From Deltaproteobacteria bacterium (lineage in GTDB: Bacteria; Myxococcota_A; Polyangia; Fen-1088): a DNA stretch of 64,000 nucleotides. A program made the position numbers and the translations under genes. How positions within the stretch are numbered: the stretch's first letter is position 1; the number at the start of each line of letters is the position of its first letter. Shown here piece by piece: positions 1-9,768 of the stretch. The notes below the pieces were generated by a model, which saw only the letters and a list, made by a program, of their open reading frames with translations, was not told the DNA's origin and did not search any database. Location: contig JANRKS010000007.1 of NCBI GenBank assembly GCA_033763315.1, positions 256,001 through 320,000 of the forward strand. The letters run 5' to 3'.

Positions 1-2
1 TC

Positions 3-1100
3 GCCATTCTTGTAGGCGACACGGCGCAGATTCCTTTGTGCGCCGCCCCCACGGGAGCGCCCAGCGACGATCTTTACGGCGATGCCGATGGTGATGGCGT
101 CAACGACCTTGACGAAGAGGTGTATGTGGGGCGGCTTTCGGTCAACAGCGAAGCCGACGCAGCAACCCAAGTGGACAAGATCTTGCGCTACGAAGATCAC
201 GCGGAACTGTTCTTCAATTACGGGCGCACGTTGTTGGTTGCCCACAAAGAAGAGGCGCCCGGCAAATACGTGGGAGCGCATGAGTCCGTACGCACGGCGG
301 CCTATACGGTGCCACCCACGTTCAGCACACTTTATGGCCACATCTCGGGCGTCAATGATGCGGACGTTACCAGTGCGATCAATGGTGGCATGGGCCTCGT
401 GGCCTACCGCGGGCACGGCTCATCAAACGCATGGACGGGCTGGAACACAGCCAATGAATACTACGACACCAGCGACGTTTCGGCTTTGAACAATGCCTTG
501 ACGCAAACCCCAGTGGTTTGGTCGTTTGCATGCAACAACGCCGAGTTGGATGTCAGCGATAGCATCGGCGAAGTGTGGATGGCCAACAGCAAGCGCGGCG
601 TGGCTCACTATGGATCCACGATTCCCTCGGGGACCTATCAGAACCACGAACTTGATCGGCAGATGTTTCAAGCTGTGTTCACTGCAGGCTTGACCACGCA
701 CGGCCGCGCCATTGAACGCGGCGAAGCACAGATGGCAGCGATCTCAGGCGCCAGTGGCAACGCATGGATGTACCTGCTGCTGGGCGATCCCGAAATGCGC
801 TTGCGCCGCGGTCCGAAGATAAGCTTTACGATTCGGCTTCTCGAAGCACCCCGCTTGTGCCCGAACGGCAATTGCGGTTTGCCGGTATCCATTCTCGATG
901 AAAAGGGTAACCCGGCCCCGAACGTGCTTGTCTCCGCCTATAAACCAGGCACACGGCTGCCCGAGGTGTTTGACAACCGGTATACCGATGAGAAAGGCAC
1001 CGCAATCTTGCCGGCCTCGATCGCAACGCCCGGCGCCGTCACCGTGAGCGTGCGCGATCTCGCTGGAAACGGCGACGCGCAAACCATCATTGTGCAATAA
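3..1100 (+). CDS. Peptidase C25 (gingipain-like) cysteine protease, 5'-partial
   Basis: Frame is open from base 3 (AILVGDTAQIP). Motifs SDDLYGD, VGRLS, YRGHG (catalytic His), FACNN (catalytic Cys) and YLLLGDP, followed by a C-terminal beta-rich Ig-like domain. Confidence 0.85.
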   Translation, partial: AILVGDTAQIPLCAAPTGAPSDDLYGDADGDGVNDLDEEVYVGRLSVNSEADAATQVDKILRYEDHAELFFNYGRTLLVAHKEEAPGKYVGAHESVRTAAYTVPPTFSTLYGHISGVNDADVTSAINGGMGLVAYRGHGSSNAWTGWNTANEYYDTSDVSALNNALTQTPVVWSFACNNAELDVSDSIGEVWMANSKRGVAHYGSTIPSGTYQNHELDRQMFQAVFTAGLTTHGRAIERGEAQMAAISGASGNAWMYLLLGDPEMRLRRGPKISFTIRLLEAPRLCPNGNCGLPVSILDEKGNPAPNVLVSAYKPGTRLPEVFDNRYTDEKGTAILPASIATPGAVTVSVRDLAGNGDAQTIIVQ

Positions 1101-1121
1101 ACGTACGGCTGACGTTTAGGT

Positions 1122-1166
1122 AGAAGAAGCGTCTGGGGCATCGTCCCCGGCGCTTCTTCTTTTTTT
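1122..1166 (+). terminator. Intrinsic terminator
   Basis: AGAAGAAGCGTCTGGGG...CCCCGGCGCTTCTTCT stem followed by a T-run, just after the stop at 1100. Confidence 0.85.
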
Positions 1167-1214
1167 GTGCGACCGATGTGCGGGCCGACACTCTTCTAAA
1201 GAGAGACCTATTTC

Positions 1215-2321
1215 ATGAAAAGCTTAAGCCGCACCACCCAGCCGTTCTTCTTTGCCGCCACCTGCGTCACTTTACTCACCCAAGGCACAGGGTGCCTGTT
1301 TGGAGGGGACGACGACGAGGAAGCTGATTTTGCGGCCATGAAGCCTCAAGATCCGCAGACGTTCAGCGCTGATTTTCAATCCAAGCCTTACGGCGCGGCC
1401 GCGTGCGATGCGCACGATGGAAAGCTACGAGGAAAGCGCGAGCTGCGCGTGTTCAAAACATCCGATTTTGACGCCACGGTCTTCACCCGCGGTCTCGCCA
1501 GCTACTATGCGCGGCACGATCTAACCTTCTACACGCAATACCCCTCGTTCGATCTAAAGATGCCGTACGTCATCGACACAGACGAAAGGCGCCTTGAAAG
1601 CTCGCTGCGCAGGAAATTCCCCAAGGTCAATTTTGACGCGGATGAGTTTGAGGGGACCGATGCCGAGTTGGCGCAGATCCAAGCCGCTGCCGCTGAATTC
1701 GTGATGAAGCCACTGCTAAACTTTGTTGAGAAGTACGGGCATCAAGATCCGGCCGTCACGAACGTGATCTTGACGGGCAAAGTTGCTTCCACAGACGCGC
1801 TCGAAGACAACGACGCCGTTTTGGCGGGGCTGTCGATCTCACCCGAGCTGCTCAAGACGTTGCGGGCCACCGGCGACGAAAGCGCGGCCATTTGGCAAGG
1901 CGTGCCGTTGCCCGCCACGTTCAACGCCATGGTGTTCGTCGACGCCAAGTTCCTGCAAAGCCTCCGGCGCCCCACGGTGGTTGATCTGGTGATCGCGCAT
2001 GAATTCGGCCACAGCGCAGGCTTGGTGCACGTAGAAGATGAATCCAACCTGATGACGCCGACAACCGGACCCAACAACGCCACCTGCGACCAATCATTGA
2101 CGGACGCCCAGTTGGCGACAATGGCCAAGACACTTCGCGTGGGTGATGCGCCCGTTGTGCAAGCGCTGCAAGCGGAAGCGAGTGAGGGTCCCGCGGTGGG
2201 CGTTCACAAAACCGTGCCAACGCAAGACCGGTGGCGGAAGGTGCGAAGCCAGTTGATCGGCGCACACGCGCGGCCCGCGGAATTTCTGCGTGACTTGTTG
2301 CACCCCCACGAGGGCGATTAG
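1215..2321 (+). CDS. Secreted metzincin (matrixin-like) metalloprotease lipoprotein
   Basis: Lipobox GTGC; HEFGHSAGLVH zinc motif followed by an NLM Met-turn. Confidence 0.75.
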   Translation: MKSLSRTTQPFFFAATCVTLLTQGTGCLFGGDDDEEADFAAMKPQDPQTFSADFQSKPYGAAACDAHDGKLRGKRELRVFKTSDFDATVFTRGLASYYARHDLTFYTQYPSFDLKMPYVIDTDERRLESSLRRKFPKVNFDADEFEGTDAELAQIQAAAAEFVMKPLLNFVEKYGHQDPAVTNVILTGKVASTDALEDNDAVLAGLSISPELLKTLRATGDESAAIWQGVPLPATFNAMVFVDAKFLQSLRRPTVVDLVIAHEFGHSAGLVHVEDESNLMTPTTGPNNATCDQSLTDAQLATMAKTLRVGDAPVVQALQAEASEGPAVGVHKTVPTQDRWRKVRSQLIGAHARPAEFLRDLLHPHEGD

Positions 2322-2324
2322 CCC

Positions 2325-3557
2325 CTACTTCATCCGGTCACGCACAAAGCTTGCGTGGCCACGCAACCAGTTGTCGCCCCAGCCACCATTTGCCGGTGCC
2401 CCCGGCCGCAACAAGCAGCTCGCGTCCGGCTCGCAATCGTCAAGCTTCCACGCCGTCCAGCTCACGCCCGCGTTGTTCATCCAGTCGTGCCAGGTTTGCG
2501 CCTCTGGTAAACAAGTACGGCCGTCGAGGCCGCCATCGGCGTGGGTCGCCCCCCACTCGGTGACGAACACGGCCACGCCGCGGGAAATGGCGGCTTCACC
2601 ATACGTGCGAACCTCCGCACCGTGGCTGCACGAATAAAAGTGCAGTGTGTAAAGCAAATTGGTGCCGGCCACGGGGTTGCTGGCCGCTTGATCCACCCGC
2701 TGCGACCATTGCGGTGTGCCCAAAATGATCAGGTTGTCAGGATCTTTGGCGCGAATCGCGCCGACCACGGCTTCGTGGTACGGCTTCAACACGCTCGTCC
2801 AATCCACCTTCAAAGGCTCGTTGAAGGTTTCCCAAAGCACGTTGGGTTGGTTGCCGTACTTGGCTGCCATATCGCTGAAGAACGACAACGCCTGTTGTTT
2901 GTGATCTTGGGCGGCGTGATCGTGCCAGTCGACGATTACATAAAGGCCCACACTGATCGCAGCGTCGATCACGGCCTGCACATCCGCGCGCGCTTTGCCT
3001 TCGTTAGATAAGTACGCCCCCGCAGGCTCGATGCCCATCGAAGCACGTATCACTTTGACTTTCCAATTGTCCCGCATCCACTTAAGCGCGTCGGCGTTCT
3101 TGGCATAGCCACTGTTCTCCCAGTTGAGCCACATGCTGCTGATGCCTTTGAGCTGAACCGCGTTGCCGCGTTGGCTGCAGATCTTCGTGCCGCATACCTT
3201 TAGGCGGCCCCAATCCGCCACAGGTGAACCCGCGGGCGCCGTGATGCCATCCAGGGGCCCCGTGGAGATCATGCCCCCCGTGCCGGGTGCCCCACCTTGC
3301 GCGGGCGAGCCCCCCTGCCCCACAGAGCCACCCATGCCGCCACTTGCCGCGCTGGTGCCACCTGTGCCCAGCGCCGGCGAGCCACCCACACCGGAGCTCG
3401 CGCCGCCTTCGCCCACAGAGCCACCCTCACCAGCCGCTAGGCCGCCGGCGCCTCCACCACCCTCGTCGCTGGGGGGATCCGCCGCGCATGACGCCAGGCA
3501 GCCAACAACAACGACAATTTTAAAGAACAAGCGATGGTTTGAAGACGCGAACTGCAT
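2325..3557 (-). CDS. GH5 endoglucanase (cellulase) lipoprotein with Gly-rich linker
   Basis: Motifs VQLKGIS, IVDWH, FNEP (acid/base), LHFY and FVTEWG (nucleophile); lipobox LASC. AGGAGG precedes the ATG at 3557. Confidence 0.9.
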   Translation of the reverse strand: MQFASSNHRLFFKIVVVVGCLASCAADPPSDEGGGGAGGLAAGEGGSVGEGGASSGVGGSPALGTGGTSAASGGMGGSVGQGGSPAQGGAPGTGGMISTGPLDGITAPAGSPVADWGRLKVCGTKICSQRGNAVQLKGISSMWLNWENSGYAKNADALKWMRDNWKVKVIRASMGIEPAGAYLSNEGKARADVQAVIDAAISVGLYVIVDWHDHAAQDHKQQALSFFSDMAAKYGNQPNVLWETFNEPLKVDWTSVLKPYHEAVVGAIRAKDPDNLIILGTPQWSQRVDQAASNPVAGTNLLYTLHFYSCSHGAEVRTYGEAAISRGVAVFVTEWGATHADGGLDGRTCLPEAQTWHDWMNNAGVSWTAWKLDDCEPDASCLLRPGAPANGGWGDNWLRGHASFVRDRMK

Positions 3558-3643
3558 AGGGCCTCCTAGAGCCAACGTTTCACCCTCGCAAAAGGGGAAC
3601 CGGGGCTATGGAAATGCCGCGTCCGGAACCCAAGACAGCGGAT

Positions 3644-5197
3644 TCACGCCGCCACCCGAAGTTTGGTGTAACGATCCAGGAACTCCTCAGCGGCGCCGAA
3701 GATGCGGACCTTGCGGTCGGCTTTCAGGTTGGCAAATGCCTTAAGCATCATCGAGGTCCGCGTGTTGGCGCCAATCGTGGCGCGTTGTCGGTCCACAAAC
3801 CGCCAGAACAACCCATCCACCACGTCAACCCATTGGGTTTGCCCCGCCAACTCCCGCGGGGCTTCGTAGTCCGACATACGCAGGATGTAATTGCTCCCAC
3901 AGACGTAAGGCTTCGTGGTCATCAAGCCCCCGTCCGCGAACAACGCCATGCCAAAGACGTTGGGCACCATCACCCAGTCGCTTGAATCAACGAACATTTC
4001 CATGAACCAGCGATACGCGTTCTGCGGGTGGATCTCAGCCAACGTCATGAGGTTTCCGGCCAACATCAATCGTTCGATGTGGTGCGCCCAACCCATGCGT
4101 TGCGCTTTGCGAATCAGATCATCCAGCGGCGGTATGCCCGTGCGGCCTTCGTACCATGCGGCGGTGAGCTCACGCTGGTGGCCAAAATGATTCTGCTGCA
4201 TCTGCCACGCGCCATGCTTGCGGTAGACGGCCCGCACAAACTCACGCCACCCCACCACTTGCCGAATGAACCCTTCGATTGAGTTCAGCGGCACCTTGTG
4301 CTGCTGCGTGAACGCCAGCGTTTCATCCACGATTTCACCGGGCGTTAGCAGGCCAGCGTTCATCAATGGCGACAACACGCCGTGAAACACCGTGGCCGAT
4401 CGCGATGTCATCGCGTCTTCGTAAGCACCAAAATTGGCAAGACGCTCGGACAAGAACCGCGAGAACCAAGCGAGTGCGTCTTGCCGCGTGACCGGCAACC
4501 ACCAAGATCCCCTCGACAACTCACCCGGATGCTTTGCGAATCGCTCGGCGACAAGAGGCATCAACTGCACCACGTGATCCGTGGGCGCCGTCCGAGACAG
4601 GCTCGGCACCACCACGTCACTGGGCAAAGGGTGCCGGTTGTCCTCGTCGTAACTCCACTTGCCACCCTGCGGCTCTCCATTTTCATCCAGAAGCAGTCCC
4701 AAGTTCTGCCGCTGCCATCGATAAAAATTCACCATGCGCGGTTGGGCTTGGCGGCGCAGGAACAACTCAGCCGCGTTGCGATCAGTGAGAAACATGGGGC
4801 TCTTTAACACCGTGCGCTCAAGCCCCAAACGCACCACCAATCGTTCGATGCGCTGTTCGAAGAAATTGTCTTCGATCTCAAAGTGCACGAGGCGCTTGAT
4901 CTCGTTGCGTCGGACAAACGCCGTCAGCTTCTCCTCGTACGAGGCCGAAGCACCCACGGGCTCTTTCGGATCCAGTGCGTGGTACTTAACGCGAAATCCG
5001 GCGTGTCGCAGGCCGTCGGCGTAGTGCCGCATCGCCGCCAAAGTGAAAACGATCTTCTGCTTGTGGTGCCGAACGTAGGTGCACAGGCCGTCGTCTTCCG
5101 CCATAAACACCCACGCCCCCCGAAGCGCCGCCAGGTGACTGCGCGGAAACAGTTGGTTCCCCAGAATGAGGACACCGGTGTGAGGGTCGCTGACCAC
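3644..5197 (-). CDS. Cryptochrome/photolyase, PhrB/CryB (bacterial 6-4 photolyase) class
   Basis: Motifs ILGNQL, HKQKI, GGKWSYDEDNR, GWREF, HHIERLM, DWVMVPNV and KPY..GSNYILRMSDY. Confidence 0.9.
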   Translation of the reverse strand: MVSDPHTGVLILGNQLFPRSHLAALRGAWVFMAEDDGLCTYVRHHKQKIVFTLAAMRHYADGLRHAGFRVKYHALDPKEPVGASASYEEKLTAFVRRNEIKRLVHFEIEDNFFEQRIERLVVRLGLERTVLKSPMFLTDRNAAELFLRRQAQPRMVNFYRWQRQNLGLLLDENGEPQGGKWSYDEDNRHPLPSDVVVPSLSRTAPTDHVVQLMPLVAERFAKHPGELSRGSWWLPVTRQDALAWFSRFLSERLANFGAYEDAMTSRSATVFHGVLSPLMNAGLLTPGEIVDETLAFTQQHKVPLNSIEGFIRQVVGWREFVRAVYRKHGAWQMQQNHFGHQRELTAAWYEGRTGIPPLDDLIRKAQRMGWAHHIERLMLAGNLMTLAEIHPQNAYRWFMEMFVDSSDWVMVPNVFGMALFADGGLMTTKPYVCGSNYILRMSDYEAPRELAGQTQWVDVVDGLFWRFVDRQRATIGANTRTSMMLKAFANLKADRKVRIFGAAEEFLDRYTKLRVAA

Positions 5198-5392
5198 TCA
5201 CTTTGGATGCTCGGCTGGCCCTAAATACACACACGGAAAGCGTTCTTTTCGATTTTTTGCCTTGCCGCTTAAGTCCGCGCAAAAAGTTACGAGAAGACAA
5301 CATGACTTTAACGGTGCCGTCACCGGTCGCGTTGTACGCTTTCTTTCGTGCAGGGGTAGGCGGGTGGCAGGAACCAACCAAGGAGGATGACG

Positions 5393-5593
5393 GTGTATGG
5401 GTTTGACGTAAAAGATCGGGGTAAGGACAACGGGGCGGGAGAGACAGAGGCGGGTTCGCAACTGGTGGGGGTGCAGTGGCAGGGGGATGTCAATCAAGAG
5501 CAGCGCCGACAGAGGGCCGCTCAGTTTTTGGCAAGCGTGGACGTTTCGTTGACAGCTCGCAAACGACGCCGGAGCTCCGGCGTTATGTGGTGA
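5393..5593 (+). CDS. Small hypothetical protein (~66 aa)
   Basis: AAGGAGG sits 6 nt before the GTG at 5393 (alternative ATG at 5387). A terminator follows the stop, and the ORF fills an otherwise empty 500-bp gap. Confidence 0.5.
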   Translation: MYGFDVKDRGKDNGAGETEAGSQLVGVQWQGDVNQEQRRQRAAQFLASVDVSLTARKRRRSSGVMW

Positions 5594-5638
5594 CCGTCGC
5601 GCGACGGGTCTGGGCGGGTAGGTGGAGGTTTTTGATTC

Positions 5639-5676
5639 GACGCCGATTCCTAAGCGGGATCGGCGTTTTGCTTTTC
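5639..5676 (+). terminator. Intrinsic terminator
   Basis: GACGCCGATTCC-TAAGC-GGGATCGGCGTT 12-bp stem (with G-U pairs), then TTGCTTTTC. Confidence 0.7.
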
Positions 5677-5708
5677 GAACACAGGTGGCGCCTTGGCGCA
5701 GACGCCAC

Positions 5709-6689
5709 TCAAAGTGTTGACGCCGGTGCGATCCGCACCAGTTCGTAGCGAACCGCTTCTTGCGAATAGTTGTAAAAGCCGAATCTGCCGGCGGCGTATG
5801 TGGTGTCTTTCGAGGTGATTGAAACCACGGTCACAGCGTCTTCCTTGATTTCCAGGCGGATGTCGCCGGGACGGAAGACCAAACGAAAGGTGTAGGCGGT
5901 GTCGTCCTTCCAGCCTGTTTGGTTCTTTGTTGGATCCGATAAAAGTTTCACCTTCGTTGTGCCCCCTGATTTCCAGAAATCGGCACACGACAACAAAGGT
6001 GCGTCTGCGTTCACCACCTTTAAGGCGCCCCCGGCGTTGGCGGTCCCACAAGCCGGCGAATCCTGCGTCGTTTGCTTCCAGTCAAACAAATAAAAGTGCT
6101 GCGGATCCTGCCAGCCGAACACCAAACCCACGAGATCATCATCGGTGGCCGTATAGACGCCCAGCTTGCCCGTCACTTCGATGCCTTCATAGCTTTGTGC
6201 CGTGATGTATGCCGATGGCCACGCGTTCGCTTTTTGCGTCGCCGTGCGGCCGTCATCCGTAAAGCCGTAGGACGCCAAGATCTGAACGGTGTCGTCCGTG
6301 GGTCGAAACTGATGCAGCTCAAAGCCCGTCGCCAAGCCCAGCGGATTGCACGCGTCGTTGGCGCAGCCGTTCGGGCACACGAGCCTTAGCCACGCATCCC
6401 CCGTGGGGGCACAGCGCGCGGCCGTGAGGCTGTCCTCACAGCGCAGCGCTGACGGCGTGCAGCGTACGGGTCCATCCGCGCCCGCGTCTGTGGCGGCATC
6501 GCTGGCGGCGTCACCCCAAAGCGCGTCGCCCCCGTCAGTGGCCTGGAAAAAACCATCGAAGGTGGGAGCGTCGAAGCCTGCAACGGCCGCATCCTGGCGC
6601 TGGCCTCCGTCGTCGTCGCCGCCACAAGCGACACACAGGAGACATACACACAACAAGGACTCCATCACAAAGGCAAGCCGCACGGTCAT
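5709..6689 (-). CDS. Lipoprotein with thrombospondin C-terminal (TSP_C) L-lectin-like domain
   Basis: Lipobox VAC, Asp/Ala/Gly linker and a small Cys module. DDDLVGLVFGWQD, FYLFDWKQ and YAAGRFGFYNYSQE resemble the TSP_C signature. Confidence 0.75.
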   Translation of the reverse strand: MTVRLAFVMESLLCVCLLCVACGGDDDGGQRQDAAVAGFDAPTFDGFFQATDGGDALWGDAASDAATDAGADGPVRCTPSALRCEDSLTAARCAPTGDAWLRLVCPNGCANDACNPLGLATGFELHQFRPTDDTVQILASYGFTDDGRTATQKANAWPSAYITAQSYEGIEVTGKLGVYTATDDDLVGLVFGWQDPQHFYLFDWKQTTQDSPACGTANAGGALKVVNADAPLLSCADFWKSGGTTKVKLLSDPTKNQTGWKDDTAYTFRLVFRPGDIRLEIKEDAVTVVSITSKDTTYAAGRFGFYNYSQEAVRYELVRIAPASTL

Positions 6690-6818
6690 GAACTTATTTG
6701 AGCGGCATGTGGCCTAGTAAAGTCAAGCACGTGCAACGCTGTGACAAGAGCCTGAGGCCACATCACACCCGCTATTGACAGTCTGGAACCGTCGGTGCCA
6801 GCCTGGCGCTGTTGTCTC

Positions 6819-7205
6819 ATGCGGCTCGCCCTGTCGATTTGGCTTCTGTTTGCGCTCGCCCTCCCTGCACCTCGTGCCCGCGCCGAGGACTTTGCGATGG
6901 CGCTTTCGGCGCAAGCGCAGGCCACCCACGGCATCAAGAACCGCCAGCCCATCGACCAGGCCTACGAATTTTTCTCCAGCGAATACGTTTGGATATGGAC
7001 AATGGTTCGCGGCGGCAACCCTGGCACCGTTGTGAGGCACGTGTGGAAGCGCGACGGGGTCACAGTGTTTCGACGCGAACTGCGGGTGGGCGCACGGCGG
7101 TGGAGCACCAACTCTCACCACCGTTGCCCGCCCGGCGCCTGGACGGTGCAAGTGCAAGCCATAGACGCCAGCGTGTTGGCCGAGGTTGAGTTCATCGTAA
7201 AGTGA
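6819..7205 (+). CDS. Secreted DUF2914-like small beta protein
   Basis: Signal peptide ending ARA; VRHVWKRDG, RRWSTNS and GAWTVQV pattern. Confidence 0.65.
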   Translation: MRLALSIWLLFALALPAPRARAEDFAMALSAQAQATHGIKNRQPIDQAYEFFSSEYVWIWTMVRGGNPGTVVRHVWKRDGVTVFRRELRVGARRWSTNSHHRCPPGAWTVQVQAIDASVLAEVEFIVK

Positions 7206-7233
7206 ACGCCCCGGCTGTCAAAGTCGTGAGCGC

Positions 7234-9687
7234 CTAACGTTTGTCGCGGTTGCCACTGGCCAAGTTGGCAAACGGGTTGTTGAACGGCTGCGCCGGCCCG
7301 CGGTTGGGCGTTGCGGGCCGTCCCCCACCAAAACCACCTGAGGAGCGATCGTTGCGATCATTTCGATCATGCCGATCGTTGCGGCCCTGACCCGCCCCGT
7401 GGCCCGGGCGCGCGTCACTGGCGGGCGGGCGCGGTTTGCCCATGTTCGCCACACCGTCAGAGCGCATGGTCAAGGCGATGCGCTTTTTGTCTTTGTCGAT
7501 TTCCACGACGCGCACCTGCACGCGGTCGCCCGGGCTCACCACCTCGCGTGGATCTTTGACGAACTTGTCCGCCAATTGTGAGATGTGAACCAAGCCATCT
7601 TGGTGAACGCCAATATCGACGAACGCACCGAAATTGGTGACGTTGGTGACGATGCCGGGGCACACCATGCCGATCTCGAGATCTTTGATTTCGTGAATGT
7701 CGGACCGGTACGCAAATGACACGAAACCATCGCGCGGATCGCGTCCTGGCTTTTCCAGCTCCGCGATGATGTCGGCAAACGTGAATTCACCAAGCTCGTC
7801 TTTAAGTTCTTTGGATTGCTTCACCGAAGCCACGCCGGAGCCGAGCAAGCCTTGCACGCCCACATTCATGCGCTCAGCCAAGCGTTGCAACGAATGGTAC
7901 CGCTCGGGGTGCACGCCCGTGTTGTCGAGCGGGTTGTCACCCCCGGGGATGCGCAGAAAGCCTGCGGCTTGCTCATACGTTTTCTGCGTAAAACGCGGCA
8001 CTTCAAGCAATTCGTGGCGGCTCTTGAACAGGCCCACCTTCCCTCGGTGCGACACAATTGATTTCGCCAAGCCTGGCCCGATGCCCGACACATGTTGCAA
8101 CAAGTGCGTGGAAGCCGTGTTCAGATTCACGCCCACCTGATTCACGCACGAGTCCACCACGGCGTCCAAGCTCTTCTTCAAGGCCGTGGGCGAGACGTCG
8201 TGTTGGTATTGCCCCACGCCGATGCTCTTGGGATCCACCTTCACCAATTCGGCCAGAGGATCTTGTAAGCGGCGGGCGATGGAGATCGCCCCACGCACGG
8301 TCAGATCAAGATCGGGGAACTCTTCTCGCGCCACATCGCTGGCGCTGTAGATGCTCGCGCCTGATTCGCTCACCATGACCACGGGCGTGTTGCTGCCCGC
8401 CTCTTTGAGCGCCTCGCGCACAAACTCTTCGGTTTCGCGGCCTGCGGTGCCATTGCCCACGGCCACTGCTTGTACGCCGCCTGCTTCCACAAGCTTAGCC
8501 AACAACATTTTGGCTTCCTGTTTGCCACGGTCGGTTTCAAGGTGCATCACCGCGTTTCCTACGTAGGCGCCGCTGCTATCCACCATCGCCAGCTTGCAGC
8601 CCGTGCGAATGCCGGGATCCACGCCCAAAACAGCCTTGGCTCCAAACGGCGCCGCCAGCAGCAACTTACGCACATTCTCGGCGAAAACGGAGATGGCCGC
8701 TTCGTCGGCGATGTCGCGCAAGGCCTTGTGCACTTCATTTTCAATCGCCGGGATCACGTGGGCGCGCGCCGCCAGCCGCGCCGCCGTTTTCATAATCGTT
8801 GCGCCTGGAAAATCGGGCACCGTGAGCGCCGCCGCCTCGAATCGAGCCACCACTTGATCCACAAGCGGATCAGGCACACGCAACCGCGAAAGCACATCGT
8901 CGCCCGCAGCAGGATCCACCGGCGGCAACTCGCCCCCCAAGGACAGCACGAGCTCCTCTTCCATCCAACCGCGGCGCATCGCCAAGTAACGGTGTGAACT
9001 TTCCGGCTTCATCAACGAAGGCACGGGCTCTTGGTGATCGAAGTAAAGCTCGAACTTGCTGTGTGGTTTAACCTTGGCGCCCTTGCGGCTGCGCACCAAC
9101 GCTTCTTTGTGATACGTCTCGCGCACTTCCTGGCGCAGGCCCACGTCTTCAGACAGCCGTTCAGTCACAATGTCTGTGGCGCCGCCCAACGCCTTCTGCG
9201 TAGTATCGATTTCCTTTTCAGCGTTGAGAAACGCCGCAGCTTTGCTCTCCGGTGTTTCACCCGGCGCCAGCTTCACGAGGCCGTGGGCGGCGTCCCACAA
9301 CCAATCGGCCAGCGGCTCCAATCCCGCTTCCTTTGCGATGGCGGCTTTGGTTTTGCGCTTCTGCTTGTAAGGCAGATAAAGATCTTCCAACAACGACAGA
9401 TCGTAGGCGCCCTCGATCTTCGCCTTGAGCTCCGGTGTCAGTTTCTTTTGGTGCTCAATCTCTTGCAGGATGAACGCCTGCCGTTTGACGATCTCTTCCC
9501 AACGCTCTTTGCATTCGAGCACCTGGCGCACGCCCACTTCATCCAGATTGCCGGTTTGTTCTTTGCGGTAGCGGGCGATGAACGGCACTGTGCCGCCCTC
9601 CTCCGCCAATTTCAAAACGGCAGCGGCGCTGCGCGCAGGGATCTGCGGTGCCTGTTCGGCAAACCAGCTCTCGAAGGTCTTTTGCAT
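7234..9687 (-). CDS. tex: Tex/YhgF RNA-binding transcriptional accessory protein
   Basis: Motifs TVPFIARYRKE, LEDLYLPYK, DPGIRTGCK, ESGASIYSAS and IGVGQYQHD, plus a C-terminal S1 domain. Confidence 0.95.
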   Translation of the reverse strand: MQKTFESWFAEQAPQIPARSAAAVLKLAEEGGTVPFIARYRKEQTGNLDEVGVRQVLECKERWEEIVKRQAFILQEIEHQKKLTPELKAKIEGAYDLSLLEDLYLPYKQKRKTKAAIAKEAGLEPLADWLWDAAHGLVKLAPGETPESKAAAFLNAEKEIDTTQKALGGATDIVTERLSEDVGLRQEVRETYHKEALVRSRKGAKVKPHSKFELYFDHQEPVPSLMKPESSHRYLAMRRGWMEEELVLSLGGELPPVDPAAGDDVLSRLRVPDPLVDQVVARFEAAALTVPDFPGATIMKTAARLAARAHVIPAIENEVHKALRDIADEAAISVFAENVRKLLLAAPFGAKAVLGVDPGIRTGCKLAMVDSSGAYVGNAVMHLETDRGKQEAKMLLAKLVEAGGVQAVAVGNGTAGRETEEFVREALKEAGSNTPVVMVSESGASIYSASDVAREEFPDLDLTVRGAISIARRLQDPLAELVKVDPKSIGVGQYQHDVSPTALKKSLDAVVDSCVNQVGVNLNTASTHLLQHVSGIGPGLAKSIVSHRGKVGLFKSRHELLEVPRFTQKTYEQAAGFLRIPGGDNPLDNTGVHPERYHSLQRLAERMNVGVQGLLGSGVASVKQSKELKDELGEFTFADIIAELEKPGRDPRDGFVSFAYRSDIHEIKDLEIGMVCPGIVTNVTNFGAFVDIGVHQDGLVHISQLADKFVKDPREVVSPGDRVQVRVVEIDKDKKRIALTMRSDGVANMGKPRPPASDARPGHGAGQGRNDRHDRNDRNDRSSGGFGGGRPATPNRGPAQPFNNPFANLASGNRDKR

Positions 9688-9768
9688 GGGACGTGCAGCA
9701 TACGCAAAGCGCGCCCCACATTTAAGGCCTTGTGGATAAGGCCACGCCGAATCGGCGCCAGATCCTGC

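Noticed and set aside
7345-7385. 9-bp imperfect repeats (RNDRHDRNDRNDR) in the tex tail
   Set aside because: An ordinary low-complexity C-terminal tail.
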